Shown here: one piece after another, positions 28,830-42,195 of the stretch
Position numbering within the stretch: the first letter of the stretch is position 1
How the letters are laid out: each line of letters begins with the position of its first letter
Origin: Lama glama
Taxonomy: Eukaryota
Reading direction: 5' to 3'
Assembly (NCBI GenBank): GCA_028534125.1
Contig: CM052817.1
Location: 78,308,001 to 78,372,000, forward strand
Length of the DNA stretch: 64,000 nucleotides
Position numbers and translations under genes: made by a program
Notes under the pieces: model-generated
What the model saw: the letters and a program-made list of their open reading frames with translations, nothing else
The model's database searches: none
What the model was told of the DNA's origin: nothing

Positions 28830-29790
28830 TGTCCAACAGATACTGAAACACGTTAAACTGCAATTATTAAAATAGTATGACATTGCAAGAGAACAGAGAT
28901 TAAAAGGAACAAAATGGAGTCCAAAAACAGATCTATATGAGAGGTTTTTAACAATGTGAAAGCAGTGGTTATGAATCAATATTTCATTCCATACCTAAAA
29001 ATAAATTATTGATGGATTAAAATACCAATAAAAAGGAAACAAATATAACTTTAAAAAGAATTGATGAGGATTTCCACAATCTTGGAGTAAGAAAGTTTTC
29101 TAAGTAAAGCATGAAGCTCAGAAGCTGTAAATACTCAGAAGTCATACAACACATAATCCATGTCATACTTAAAAACGTAAAACTGTAAAACTTCTTTATT
29201 CCAAAGATGAAAGTTGATAGATGAGAACAAATATTAGAAACTAAAACAAATTAATATTCATAATATTTATGGAACACCTAGAAATCAATGAGAAGCCATA
29301 AAGAGGCCAGTGGAGAAAGGACACAGAGCACCTACAGGCATTTCTCAGAAGAAATGTAAATGAAAAATAAACATGAGAAGAGTAGAAGTTCACCCGCCAT
29401 TGCTAAAATGCAATGAAATATCAATTCTCAGACTGAAAAAAAAAAAGGCTGATAGAATCAAATGATAGTGAGGGCACAGATAAAGAGGCACTTTCCATCA
29501 CTGCTAAGTGAAAATTGAGCTTTTTCAGAAAGCAGTTGGGCAGGAGTAATCAAAACTTAAAATAAATTAATATCTGACCCATGAATTCTATACAAGATCT
29601 GTTTGCATAAATACTCCTGGCAAAGTCAGTTTTATGTAAAAAGATGTTCACTGATGTTATCACAATAGTGATGGTTATGAAAAGTAAGTAACTGTATGAA
29701 TCTACCTGAAAAAGCTCTCCAAGCCATACTGTTAAGGCAAAGAAGTAAGTTCCTGAATGACATCTATGTCATAAAACCATTTACATTTAA
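28830..29790 (+). mobile_element. Ancient L1 (L1ME-like) 3' fragment
   Basis: Degenerate ORF2-end/3'UTR strings (aaatggagtccaaaaacagatc; gatggattaaa; catttctcagaagaaatgtaaatg). Confidence 0.55.
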
Positions 29791-31513
29791 TTAGACTTAC
29801 TTCCCCAGTGGGCAGCTAAAACCTTTTATCCAAGCTCCACCCAAAAGAACTTCCCCTTACACAAAAACCCTAGTGTGGAGTGTGGAAGTTTCTGAGGATA
29901 CACAGGTGATGACGGGGGTGCCTCGTACAGTGCAGGCTTCCCATGCACACTCCCGTGCAACCTGACACTTGGGAGTCTCTTCTCACATTCTCTTTCCCAT
30001 TCCAATGGTCACCTTCCCAACTCTGCCACCTAACCACCTCCAACTCTTGCCTAATCAATCTTCCCTACTCCAACCTGTTATAGCGACTTAAAGTATCTCA
30101 AAGGTATCATTCTGAGGATAAAAAGTAAGTTCTACTCAGTCTACAAACTATCCTCCAGTTTTTAGGGTCCCTGGCCTTTGAAAATAGCAGTAGATGTAGC
30201 AATAATTAACAAATTATTTGTACAAATATCTGTACAGTTTTTAATAGATTTGGGGACACCCAGAAAGCTAGCCACTGGGGAGGGGACTGGAAATACGGTG
30301 GGTCGGAGGAGGGAAGGTGGCTGGAGCCAGGGGATGCTAACCTAAGCTGCATAATTGATTACCCACGGATTCATGTGTGATCTTAGAGATTTATTTAATA
30401 AGATGTCTACTACACAGAAAAAAAGGCAAAAAAATTTTTTAATTAAATTAAGAAATAAAGAAATGTCACCTTCCTCTCTTTCAACATGTTCTTTTGTGGT
30501 TTTAAGAAGGTTATGGGTGTGCAGGCAGGTCAAGCGATGTGAGCTCAAACCCCTGTGCTGGGGTGGGGGTGGGGGGCTGGGAAAGAGCAGAGTGGAGAAC
30601 AAAGGCGATACTCCACACAAAGGCGAACTCTGGAGGTAAGAGCCAGTCTGCAGCTTTAAGGCACAGGCAAGAATCAGAGGCTAGGGATTTGGGAGGCAAG
30701 GCCCTGTGCCCACAGGAACCAGGAAGAAGAAAGCTCTGAAGAGCAACAAGCAATGTGCATGCAGCTCAGGCAAACACCAGGGTACAGTCTTTAGCTGATG
30801 GCTCTTCAGTGACTATTTGTGGGTTGGGGGAGTGGAGGACATGGAAAAAAGCTGGGAGGGAGGTTCCTCTATTAAAGTCAGAGAATAAAGGGGAGTAACC
30901 AATTTGGCAGTAAGTGGGCTACACGTCAATTATTTATCTCAGAGCCAGGAAAGGGTTCTGAAAATCACAACAGTGTAGTGTCTTCAAATTAAAGGTTTAA
31001 AGAATTCTTAAATATCTTGAGTTGATAAGCTCAGTGCAGAAGGAATACAACAATGATTTTTCAGTGTATCACCAGATCACTAATATGCTCATAAAGTCAA
31101 GAAAGAGAGTGCACAGAAAGGCCAGAGTGCTGCAATGCATACTGCAAACAGAGATCTAAAGAAATCACTTCTCACGCTACAACTACTTCTTAACTGAGAA
31201 TATTAAATCTTCTTTATTTGGGATCATCTTGTAGATTTGTATTCACTCAGGAAACATCTGCCACATTCAAAGCACAATGTCAATAGGTGCTATGAATAGA
31301 AGTCCAGCATCTATCTTCAAAGCTCACTGTCTATCTAGTACAGGAAATAAGGGGCTTATGTTAGAAAATGTATAGTGCCGTCTCACCTTCCGTCTGAGGA
31401 AAGTAATTTAAATAAGGTAAGTAATTTGCCATTAGCGACATAAGCTTCAGAGAAACATCTGTACCTGTTGTTTCCTTCTGTCAGGTTCGATTCCTGCATG
31501 TCTCTCTTAGTGT

Positions 31514-32026
31514 TGTGAATGAAAAATATTGCCAGCCTTATCAGTACACAAAGGATGCTGGGCCATCAAGTCACCAGCCATTACCATTACCACCACCCTC
31601 GGCAGAGGGAACTCAGGATGCAGACAAGCAGACAGCCTGGCCTCTGCTGCCACCCACGCTGTGCACCCTGAGGGAACTCAGGAGGGGAACGAACAGGACA
31701 CTGGGGACACTGGCCCTAGATAGCTCAGTGCGTATCAAAGGAATGATTTCAATGAGCCTAGACTTTTGCACCTTCCCATACATAGAAAAGTGCTAAATTC
31801 TTCAGCTGGAGATATCTGTTTTTCTTTAATTAACTGTAATCTTTTGATGTTCTGACTACCTGGTCTTTGTGGCAAAACTCCTATATATCCTGGCTCCTCC
31901 CCTGCCTCTTCAGAGCAGTCCCTCAGAGCGATCTGAGAGGCCACCCCGGGTTACGTCTTCAGAAAATGTCTGCCGAATAAAAGTTAACTCTCAACTTTTA
32001 GGTTGTGCACTTCTTTTCAGTCGACA
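31514..32026 (+). mobile_element. ERV1-class solo LTR (513 bp; resembles cetartiodactyl MER41-like LTRs)
   Basis: TGT...ACA termini, 4-bp flanks gtgt/atgt, internal direct repeat gagggaactcagga (31605-31618, 31670-31683), TATATA at 31882 and AATAAA at 31976. The family name is from memory. Confidence 0.8.
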
Positions 32027-32428
32027 ATGTGAGAATCTCATCATGGTGAATGTGCTTCTAGGACACAAAAGTAGGTAATTCCGGATAATACACCACCTTA
32101 AATGAACCACCTGCTACTTCACCCACGGCACACCTGAAGAAGAAAACTCTGATGCAAAGTTGAAGGAAAACGTGGCTGTGATGGAATTACTGAGCTACTG
32201 TCTTTCAGTCTACGATTTGGCACCTTCCTTAGAATCTGTCAAAGATTTTTTTATTATGTAAAATTTATGCCATATATTATGGTTTTAGAACCTAATCTCT
32301 GATGTTTTTATGGAGAGATTTGTCCTTTTCTTTAAGGTCTAATAAAATTTCACCTGGGCGGGCAAAGTCTGATTTGCAGTCTCTTTCAAACTAATCACTA
32401 CCAAAAAAATAATTTTTATATCTAAATC

Positions 32429-32430
<2 letters not shown>

Positions 32431-32459
<29 letters not shown>
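32431..32459. repeat. (AC)14 microsatellite
   Basis: Perfect dinucleotide run read directly. Confidence 0.95.
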
Positions 32460-32461
<2 letters not shown>

Positions 32462-34735
32462 TTTACATACACACAGGTGTATTATTTCATTAAATGACCC
32501 TTTATTCTTATTTTTTCCATTCTAATTTTTAATGACTCTTCATGACCCAGTAAATTACTTCAAGACCCACAAAATAGCCATGGCCCAGATTAAAACTCAC
32601 TGGATGGGATGTTAGTAGTATAGGAGGTCCAATTGAAATATTTTAGGAACGATTGTGACCAGAGTTCCTCAGAGGCCTCTAATGTTCATCCCTGGAAGGG
32701 GCCAGGAGAAAATTTGAACGACACAGCTCTGTCCTCCAGGGGCTTGTTTATGACCTAATCAGGACAAAACCTCTCTGTCTTCATTTCCATCTTCAAGTAG
32801 GCAGTGCCGGCTCCAGGATCTAAGACTTCAGTCCATCCAGACACCCTGCCTAGAGCAGGAGGAGGTCACCGTACACTATCTCAGTTTTGCTCTGCATTAC
32901 ATTTGAGAGGGAACAAAACGTGGGGGTGAAGACTAATTAAGTAGTTTCTCTTTCCTGCAGTTCTGAAATGTCTGTCTAACTGTGATTTAAAGAATCAAAG
33001 CATATAGCTGGATCCAGGTAAACAATCTTTGTTTTAGCTAGATCCTAAAAAATACAACTACAAAGGATTAGGGAAAAGGAAAACTTACTTGGACCTATTG
33101 AGCCTGTAAAACTGGCAAGATGACGAAAAACTAATTAAGTTTCAGAAACAGAAATCACTCCTTCAAAATGTCATGCCATGTTGTCATGGTCACAATAAAA
33201 TAGTCCCTTTTCAAGCAAATCCAAATGTTAAAAGAATTGATCCCAAAATAAATCAAATACATATAATAAAAATGCACAAGCTACATAATCAAAACCCCCA
33301 AAAGAATAATTAATTCATTTAAAATAACAAACATTGGTCATGCTACAGGGGGAAATCAGTCTGACTATTAGTGGTTTTTCTCTGCTTTACTTGCATCTCG
33401 TTACTTTTTAGTTTTGTAACATCATTAATGAATAACGACAGAAGAAAAAATCGATTCGCTTTTTCCACCATGAGTCTTAGAGAACATTTTAGACATTTTC
33501 ACGTAACCATACCAAACCCACGCCAAGCTCATAACACAGTGAGAAGCACAGTGGTCCCCAGCAGAAGGATTGAATATGCTTTCCACTCTGGAAATTATAG
33601 GCATCGTTGTTTCTGTCCTTCCCAAGACATCATTATTACTTTCATATGATTTATGGCTGAAAGTATGAGAGATGGTGCAAAGATCCTGTGCCAAATTCCC
33701 ATATGGCATATAATATAAGCCAAACTGTGAAAAACTCGTAAATGTGGGTAGATCAGTTTCATCAAAGAAAGGAGCAAGAGGGTTCCAGAGACTGAGCAGG
33801 AAACTGGCCAGATAATTTTTTATAGGCATGTAATTCCAAAGCAGCAGTAATGAATGTGGTCCTGCCTCTGAACATATAATGCTCGAGTTAAACACAAGGG
33901 CGGTCAGCAAGAAATTAGGCAGAGGCAGTCTGGTACACTGTCAACCAACCCTGCTTATTCTTTCATAAAATCCACCTCTTTTTCTTTTTAGACTGCAGCT
34001 GAAATTGATATCATAGCTTCTTAAATGATTTCAAAAAAGATAAAATGATGTGTTTGGAAAGTCCAAATAAATACAGAAATAACTATAGTTCCAATGGAAT
34101 ATTGCAAATAAAAAGTAACAAGTTATTTGAAAAGACATTTTATATATATACATATATATACACACACACATATATATGTTGTTTAACAGCATCCTAAAAT
34201 TTGTCAACCGAAATCAATATGCAAATATTTATTATATCACAAATTTAAACATACATTTCTGAGAATTTGAACATCTTTGCAGATTTTCTGAATTGAATTC
34301 AAACATTAATTATAATATATATTATATTATATATCTTATACACAAAGTAGATAAGATAAAACTGACACATTTGGCAACAAGAACTTGAGTAAAGTGTAGG
34401 AAATGCACACAAAAATCAATAGAGGAAATGAAGAGTTTGTAACTTGAAGAAAGTCCTATTAGAAAGGAGGGAAGGGAAGTTGGAAGTCACGCTGAGTTGT
34501 CTTCAATACGGCTCATGCAGAAAACAGAGCGATACAAAGCTGGAAAAGGAAGCTGAGGTCACGGTGCAGAGAACTCTGAATGACAGGGTAAGGCATATAT
34601 ATACTGTAACTTACGTAGGCACTGGAAATCTACTTATAATAGTACAAGAGTACAAGAGTGATAGAGCTGTGCTTTGGGATGATTATCTAGTCAGCCAGAT
34701 AAGTGGGAAGTGATAAGTAACAAGAAGCTGAATTA

Positions 34736-34933
34736 CTGGGATTTCAAAATTGTAGAATAGATAAACAAGATTACACTGTATAGCACAGGGAAATATACAC
34801 AAAATGTTATGATAAATCACAGAGAAAAAAATGTGACAATGAGTGTGTATATGTCCATGAATGACTGAAAAATTGTGCTGAACACTGGAATTTGACACAA
34901 CACTGTAAAATGATTATGAATCAATAAAAAATG
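34736..34933 (+). mobile_element. Young 5'-truncated L1 3' UTR, running into an assembly gap
   Basis: ctgtatagcacagggaaatatacac...tcaataaaaa. Nearly identical to 63923-64000. It appears to interrupt an older L2-like segment (about 34440-34730 and 35434-35690). Confidence 0.85.
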
Positions 34934-35433
34934 NNNNNNNNNNNNNNNNNNNNNNNNNNNNNNNNNNNNNNNNNNNNNNNNNNNNNNNNNNNNNNNNNNN
35001 NNNNNNNNNNNNNNNNNNNNNNNNNNNNNNNNNNNNNNNNNNNNNNNNNNNNNNNNNNNNNNNNNNNNNNNNNNNNNNNNNNNNNNNNNNNNNNNNNNNN
35101 NNNNNNNNNNNNNNNNNNNNNNNNNNNNNNNNNNNNNNNNNNNNNNNNNNNNNNNNNNNNNNNNNNNNNNNNNNNNNNNNNNNNNNNNNNNNNNNNNNNN
35201 NNNNNNNNNNNNNNNNNNNNNNNNNNNNNNNNNNNNNNNNNNNNNNNNNNNNNNNNNNNNNNNNNNNNNNNNNNNNNNNNNNNNNNNNNNNNNNNNNNNN
35301 NNNNNNNNNNNNNNNNNNNNNNNNNNNNNNNNNNNNNNNNNNNNNNNNNNNNNNNNNNNNNNNNNNNNNNNNNNNNNNNNNNNNNNNNNNNNNNNNNNNN
35401 NNNNNNNNNNNNNNNNNNNNNNNNNNNNNNNNN
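34934..35433. other. Assembly gap (500 N)
   Basis: Run of N. Confidence 1.
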
Positions 35434-35807
35434 AGTTTGTAGCTGAAGTCATGGATGTAGCTGACATAGAAGACCCAGACGAGGCCTACAGCCAGAGCAT
35501 CCAGGATGACCAAAGAAGTGTCCAGAGAAATTGGCAGAAGACCTAGCAGAGTCGCTAAAATGGCATCACAGATGAAGAGAATGCCCAAAAGGTAACATGA
35601 GCAAGGATAGTTTCAATAGAGAATAAAGGCAGAAACAAGGCCCCAGGGGTTATGGGCTGAGTGAGTGACTAGAAAGCAGAAGTAAGATCTTCTCCAATTA
35701 TTTCACATGTACAGCTTGCCTCAGATATACGAAAACTTCTTTAAAAGATAAGCAGCTGGTAATTACATCAGCAAATCAGCAATATATATATGTATATAAC
35801 AATATTA

Positions 35808-36002
<195 letters not shown>

Positions 36003-36829
36003 TCACATCTATATAAAGGCAAAGGATAAAAAGGGAAACAGCCTTACCTTGTATTACTTCTTATGGATAAGTCAACTAAAACGTGATTGAAACAACTGAA
36101 AAAACCTGCTACCCAATCCACCCCTTAGATGTGTGAGCCTCTTCACCAGAGAAGCATGAGCTTTTCTTTATTCACCTATTTGCAAACTGAATATATAAAG
36201 TAGCTTAGACATAAAGATGAAGTTTAAATTCAAGGAAGAACTCTTAATCCCAGATGAAAAATCTGCTGATCAGTGTGAGTTTAAGTCAGGGTCACACCTC
36301 TGACTGCTAAGGGTGAGTGACCTAATAGCGGTGGAGGTGAAGGACAGGACTGCCCACTGCCCGGCCAGTGGACCACACCCAGGCTGAGCTTCCGGTTCTC
36401 AGCAGAAACTAGACACTTAGGTGGCTGTGCAAAATCCACAGTTATGCAATATTCATGTAATGTTGACAACAAGATGTTTCAAATAAAGCGTATCTGAAGG
36501 CTACCAGTTTTCAATCTTTTCTTTTCATTTACCAAAATATCTCTACCTGCCTCCAAATGAAGTGGCCATTCAGAAACATTCTGACTTCAACAGCCTCAAA
36601 TTATAGACATTCTAAATTCTGTAAAGAGACCTCATAAAGCAAGAGTTATTTTCAGAGCTGAATTTTTTAAAATCTGTATAGCAGACCTATTATTCAAACT
36701 TGCTTAAAATCAAACAATGGCTTTAAAAACTTATATTCTCAAAATGTATTTACAAATTTCTCACTAACATTTATTAGTAGCTTAGTTAGAATGTGAAAGT
36801 ATCTAGAAATAGCAGAACTGTAACTGTAA

Positions 36830-37130
36830 TTGCTGAATCTCTCCTAAATGTCAGACACTCTGCTAGCACACTATGTAAATGACCTCATTTAATCATCACA
36901 GCAATTTTGAAAGGCAGGATATCTTTTCACAGATGCAGTACACAGAAACTGAGGCTCAAAGAGGAGTAGGTAACAATTAAACGGTAAATTTGAAGATCTT
37001 CAGTTTCATTTAGTCCCATCACTTTTGCATCAGAAATAACCTGAGGTCTAGAAAGGTTAAGTAACTTACTATCACATGGCCAGTCAATGGCCAGGCTAGA
37101 ATTATTAAACAGTCTACTGATTACCACTCT
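36830..37130 (-). mobile_element. MIR fragments
   Basis: ctcatttaatcatcacagcaa...cagaaactgaggctcaaagagg and gaaaggttaagtaacttact are reverse-strand MIR pieces. Confidence 0.65.
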
Positions 37131-37131
37131 A

Positions 37132-37299
<168 letters not shown>

Positions 37300-37334
37300 T
37301 CAACTGTCAAAGCCAAAAAAATGTACAGAGCTCA

Positions 37335-37397
37335 AGTAAAAGAACAAACATTTGGACAGTTGCTATTGTAATACCCAAACTATAGGTCATAATTCAG
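37335..37397. repeat. 63-bp dispersed duplicate, copy A (partner 38271-38333)
   Basis: Manual alignment gives 57/63 identity with no gaps. Confidence 0.9.
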
Positions 37398-38270
37398 CCC
37401 TAAGTTTTGTTCATAGTATCCTATGTAAATTGAAGATGCAATGATCATGAGTTACCTAGTAGAATCATATCACTGAAAGAAAATACAAGATTGCACACTA
37501 TTTAAATACGTAATACAGCAGATTTATTTAGTACATAATGAATTTAAACTCTGTAAAAAAATTATACCTAGTATATATTGTCTCTACTATGCACAAATTT
37601 AGACTTGGAAATATGTAACTTGATGTTAAAAAAATTCCTTTATAGTAGTCAATGCTACTTCAAACTTAAATATATGTAGTATAGAACAAAACATTAATTA
37701 CCATGAAAGACAAGAAGGTATATGGTTTTGAAAAATGTTTAGCTCACAGCAAAACTCTCACATAATAGGAGGACCACAATAAAAAATACTGTAAGTTTTA
37801 TTAGTTTTGTAAGTTTTATTAAAAAAAAAATAAGGGAGCAGAGCCTAACTTTAGCAAACAACTGACTAAAGAAATACTACAAATGAATATTCAATTTAGT
37901 TCTTTCCCTCCAAGACTCTAAATCAGAGAAATCAGATAGGCAATACTAAAAGTAGGTGCTTAGTTTATTATCAGAAACAACGTACAAAGCCCTAAGAGGA
38001 ACAGACTGCCAGAGCGTCACATTAGAACTGTTGATCATCCCAGTGAACAAGAGCATCACATTGTTTTACTGAAGATTCAGAAATGGTTTTGGTGAGGTCA
38101 TGTTTCTGTTCTAACCTCATTAAAGGTAGAGCTCACAAAACTAAACTTCAGACAAGCAAAGGCCCTTCTGCAGGAAGCCAAGATACTATGTAATTAATTA
38201 AGTAATTAATTAATTAAGGCCACTGCAGCGTCAAAGTCAAAGCAGAGGACCCTGAACTGGTACGGCAGTG

Positions 38271-38333
38271 AGTAAAAGAACAAACATGTGGACAGTCGCT
38301 ACTGCAATACCCAAACTATAGATTATAATTCAG
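38271..38333. repeat. 63-bp dispersed duplicate, copy B, bracketed by direct repeat cagtgagtaaa
   Basis: cagtgagtaaa occurs at 38266-38276 and 38331-38341. Confidence 0.9.
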
Positions 38334-39509
38334 TGAGTAAAGAGAGGAGGACTGATAAATGGCTCCCCTGATCTCAGTGACCATGGAAGAACTCAAGGCA
38401 GGGACAGTGAAAAGAGGGCACAGCCAGGGAAACAGAAGCTACAACAAGGCTAACAGACCCCTGCTCTGCAGCCAGGGCCTCAGTTCTATGCCCAGTCACA
38501 TGGCAGGTCTGAGGCTGCCAACCCGCCTGCTACTTCTGTCAATCTGATTCTTGGTGAGTCAGTAAACTCAGCCGGAAAAAGCAGAGAAAAGTAGACAAAC
38601 AAGATAGAGCAGAAAGAAGTCATTGCACTAGAATCTGATTTATACCCTGCTTACATGCAGTAGCATCTAATCTTGATCAGGGGACATCTGGGATCCAGAG
38701 AGAGCTCTACAGTTCCTCAGAAAACAGGCGGGGCTGCACAAGCACTCAGAACGAAAGTTCCATGTAGTACAGAAGGCAAATTCTCAGCCTAAGAAATTTT
38801 AAAGCAACATCTTCAATCATCAAAGACCTTCACAGCAATGATATGAGGTGTAAGGCTTATTTAAAGGACAGTAAGAATAGATTTGTATTCTTAAACTCTG
38901 TTTCTGTAATACATATCTTTTACAATAACAAGATACACCAAAAAAGACGATATGCCTTCCAACACACATAAGTGAAAACATATTTAGTGTACTTTCATTT
39001 TTAATGTTAAATTTATATTAGTGTATAAAATTTTAAAGACTTTATCCATATAAAAATGGCAGCTGTTAAATAAAATGCTGCAGAATATACTCATATTTGT
39101 TCACTTAACTCTCCTGGCTTTTAAATCATGAAACATTTTTAAAGGTTGGATCAAATTGATATTCTCAAAATTACAAAATTATTTACTGTACCTGAAAGCA
39201 TTTGTGTTGACTATTTTATTTATAGTGGAAAATTCAAGCCAAAGTTATTTTCAAAACTCCTTAAAAAGTTTAATAAAACAATCATATTTAAAGTGAAAAT
39301 AACACTAATTATGCCTAATGTTAAGTAAAACATATTTTGTAAACTGTGCAGTTTACTAAAATGACATGAAGGGTAATGACTTGCAATTTGAAGTCTCAAA
39401 ATAGATAATTTTCAAGAAGGATCATAATATATCTTACTGTAATATAGGACAGCACATAATAATGTAAGATACTATTCTAGACTATACTGTAAATTTGGTA
39501 TATTCATAA

Positions 39510-39527
39510 AGCACCATCTACTGGCAA
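39510..39527 (-). promoter_or_regulatory. Candidate CTCF core motif
   Basis: Minus strand reads TTGCCAGTAGATGGTGCT, a 12/13 match to CCASYAGRKGGCR. Motif match only. Confidence 0.35.
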
Positions 39528-39584
39528 GATGAAATACTACAACCAAACTCTATTAGACATTAGACAAACCCAACTATAGGATCA

Positions 39585-41600
39585 GAATCAAAGGCTCCAC
39601 ACAAAAACTACTAGAGCTGATAAAAGAATTCAATAAGGCAGCAGGATACAAAATTAACATACAGAAATCATATGCATTTCTTAACACTAATAATGAAATA
39701 TCAGAACAGAAAAGAAAAAAGCAATCTCTTTTAAAATTGCATCCAAAAATACAAAATATTTAGGAATAAACCTGACCAGGGAAGTGAAAGACATATGCAG
39801 AGAACTACAAAACATTGATTAAGGAAATTAAAGATGACTTCAAGAAATGGAAAGATATCCTATGTTCTTAGACTGGAAGAATTAATATTGTTAAAATGGC
39901 CATACTACCCAAAGCAATCTACCGAATTAATGCAATGTCTATCAAATTACCCAGGACACTTTTCACAGAACTAGAACAAAGAATCCTAAAATTCATATGG
40001 AATCACCAAAGACCCAGAATTGCCAAAGTGACACTGAAGAAAAAGAACAAAGCTGGAGGAATAACTCTCCCAGACTTCAGACAATACTACAGAGCCATAG
40101 TAATCAAAACAGCACAGTATTAGCACAAAAACAGACATACAAATCAATGGAATAGAACAGAGAGCCCAGAAATAAACCCACAGACTTTTGGTCAATTAAT
40201 CTTTGACAAAGGAGGCAAAAATATACAATGGAGTAAAGACAGTCTCTTCAGCAAGTGGAGGTGGGAAAACTGGACAGCAGCATTTAACTCAGTGAAGTTA
40301 GAACACTCCCTCACACCATATAAAAAAATAAACTCAAAATGGCTTAAAGACTTAAACATAAGACAAGATATTATAAAACTCTTACAAGAAAACATAGGCA
40401 AAACATGATCTGACATAAATCTTGGCAATCTTCTTCTAGGACAGTCTACCCAGGCAACAGCAATAAAAGGAAAAATAAACAAATGGGACCTAATTAAATC
40501 TATAAGCTTTTGCACAGCAAAGGACACCATAAGCAAAACAAAAAGACAACCTATGAAATAGGATAAAGTATCTGCAAAAGATGAGACCGACAAGGACTTA
40601 ATTTCCAGAATATATAAACATTTCATACAATTTAATAGTGAAAAAACAAACAACCCAATCCAAAAATGGGCATAAGATCTAAACAAGCAATTCTCCAATG
40701 AAGACATACAAATGGCCAATAGGCACATGAAAAAATGCTCAATATCACTAATTATCAGAGAAGGGCAAATCAAAACTACAATGAAGTATCACCTCACACC
40801 AGTCAGAATGGCCATCATTCAAAAGTCTACAAACGACAATTGCTAGAGAGGCTGTGGAGAAAAGGGCAACCTCCTACACTGCTGGTGGGAATGCAGTTTG
40901 GTGCAGCCATTATGGAAAACAGTATGGAGAGTCCTCAAAAGACTGAAAATAGACTTACCATATGATCCAGCAATCCCACTCCTGGGCATATATCCAAAGG
41001 GAATGCTAATTCAAAAAGATTCATGTACCCATGTTCATAGCAGCACCATTTACAATAGCCAAGACATGGAAACAACCTAAATGTCCTTTGACAGATGACT
41101 AGATAAAGAAGTTGTGGTATATTTATACAATGAAATACTACTCAGTCATAAAAAAGCATAAAATAATGCCATTTGGAGCAACATGGATGGACCTGGAGAT
41201 TGTTATTCTAAGTGAAGTAAGCCAGAAAGAAAAATACAATATGATATCACTTACACGTGTAATCTAAAAAAAGAAAAAAAAGACAAATGAACTTATTTAC
41301 AAAACAGAACAGAGTCACAGACTTAGAAAATAAACTTATGGTTACCGGGGGGAAAGGGAGTAAGAAGGGATAAATTGGGAGTTTGAGATGTGTAGATACT
41401 AACTACTGTATACAAAATAGATAAACAACAGATTTTTTCTGTATAGCACAGGCAACTGGAGTCAGTATCTTGTAATAACCTATAATGAAAAAGAATATGA
41501 AAATGAATATATATATGTATATGTATGACTGAACTATTATGCTGTACATCAGAAATTGCCACATTGTAAGCTGGCTATACTATAATTATAAGAAGAAAAT
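39585..41600 (+). mobile_element. 5'-truncated L1 LINE (about 2 kb; disrupted ORF2 C-terminal part plus 3' UTR)
   Basis: ORF fragments [19 protein letters not shown]...[13 protein letters not shown] and [32 protein letters not shown] are typical L1 ORF2, broken by stops. The 3' UTR ends ctatactataattataagaagaaaa. No clear TSD found. Confidence 0.95.
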
Positions 41601-42094
41601 GGAGTCAGTAGGAGCTGCCTGTGGAGTCAGAAAGGCTACATCAGAGGAGCTATGCTGTCATGGAGGAAGTGCTGCCCGAGCTAGTAAGCGACTAACGTTC
41701 TACAGAGACCACGTGGGTGCTGCATTCTGCCACCAGCAGGTAGGGCTGAGGTCCCCCAAGATAGCCCTTGGGGGAAAAGTTCTTAGATTATGAAGAAAAT
41801 AAATGGAAAAGAAGACATTTTTTCAGAAATAGGCCCCACGGCCAACTTTGTTGAAGCATTCTATTTGGTAAAATCTCTTAAATTTCAACTTCTTAAAATC
41901 AGGGAAATAAATTATAGAATTATAAAAGTAAGGGGTTATTTAGAAAATGTCTATTCAATTGGATTTAATCTTTTTGTCTCAGACTAGGTTCTGCTTCAGA
42001 AGCCTTGAGGGTGATGGGAAGAGAGGAAGAGACACACAAGCAGCAGCATCTGGATTGGGGCTCTACGCAAAATTTCCTTTAAAAAGTCGTTTCG

Positions 42095-42195
42095 ATGCTT
42101 GCTTCAGCAGCACATCAATTGGAATGATACAGAAAAAATCAGCATGGCTTCTGAACAAGAATTACATGCAGATTATTGAAGTGTTCCATATTTTT
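42095..42195 (+). pseudogene. U6 snRNA retropseudogene (RNU6-like)
   Basis: Aligns end to end with U6: atgcttgcttcagcagcacat...aattggaatgatacagaaaaaatcagcatgg...tgaagtgttccatattttt. It has CpG-type transitions, a deletion of about 6 nt and a mutated ACAGAGA box. TSD aaaaagt(c/a)gtttc at 42081-42093 and 42232-42244. Confidence 0.92.

Noticed and set aside
33425..33910. 161-aa minus-strand ORF in intron 10
   Set aside because: Non-ATG start, no recognisable homology and no supported splice boundaries. Only RNA-seq or conservation data could revive it.
34817..35588. Long ORFs full of X (also 63288-63983)
   Set aside because: Artefacts of translating through N gaps.
38190..38218. (TAAT)n run as a homeodomain site cluster
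   Set aside because: Indistinguishable from a short simple repeat.
40192..40773. 193-aa minus-strand ORF
   Set aside because: Antisense reading of L1 ORF2, a common artefact.
42095..42195. Functional U6 gene
   Set aside because: Mutated ACAGAGA box and internal stem-loop, a deletion, a flanking TSD and no clear U6 promoter all indicate a retrocopy.
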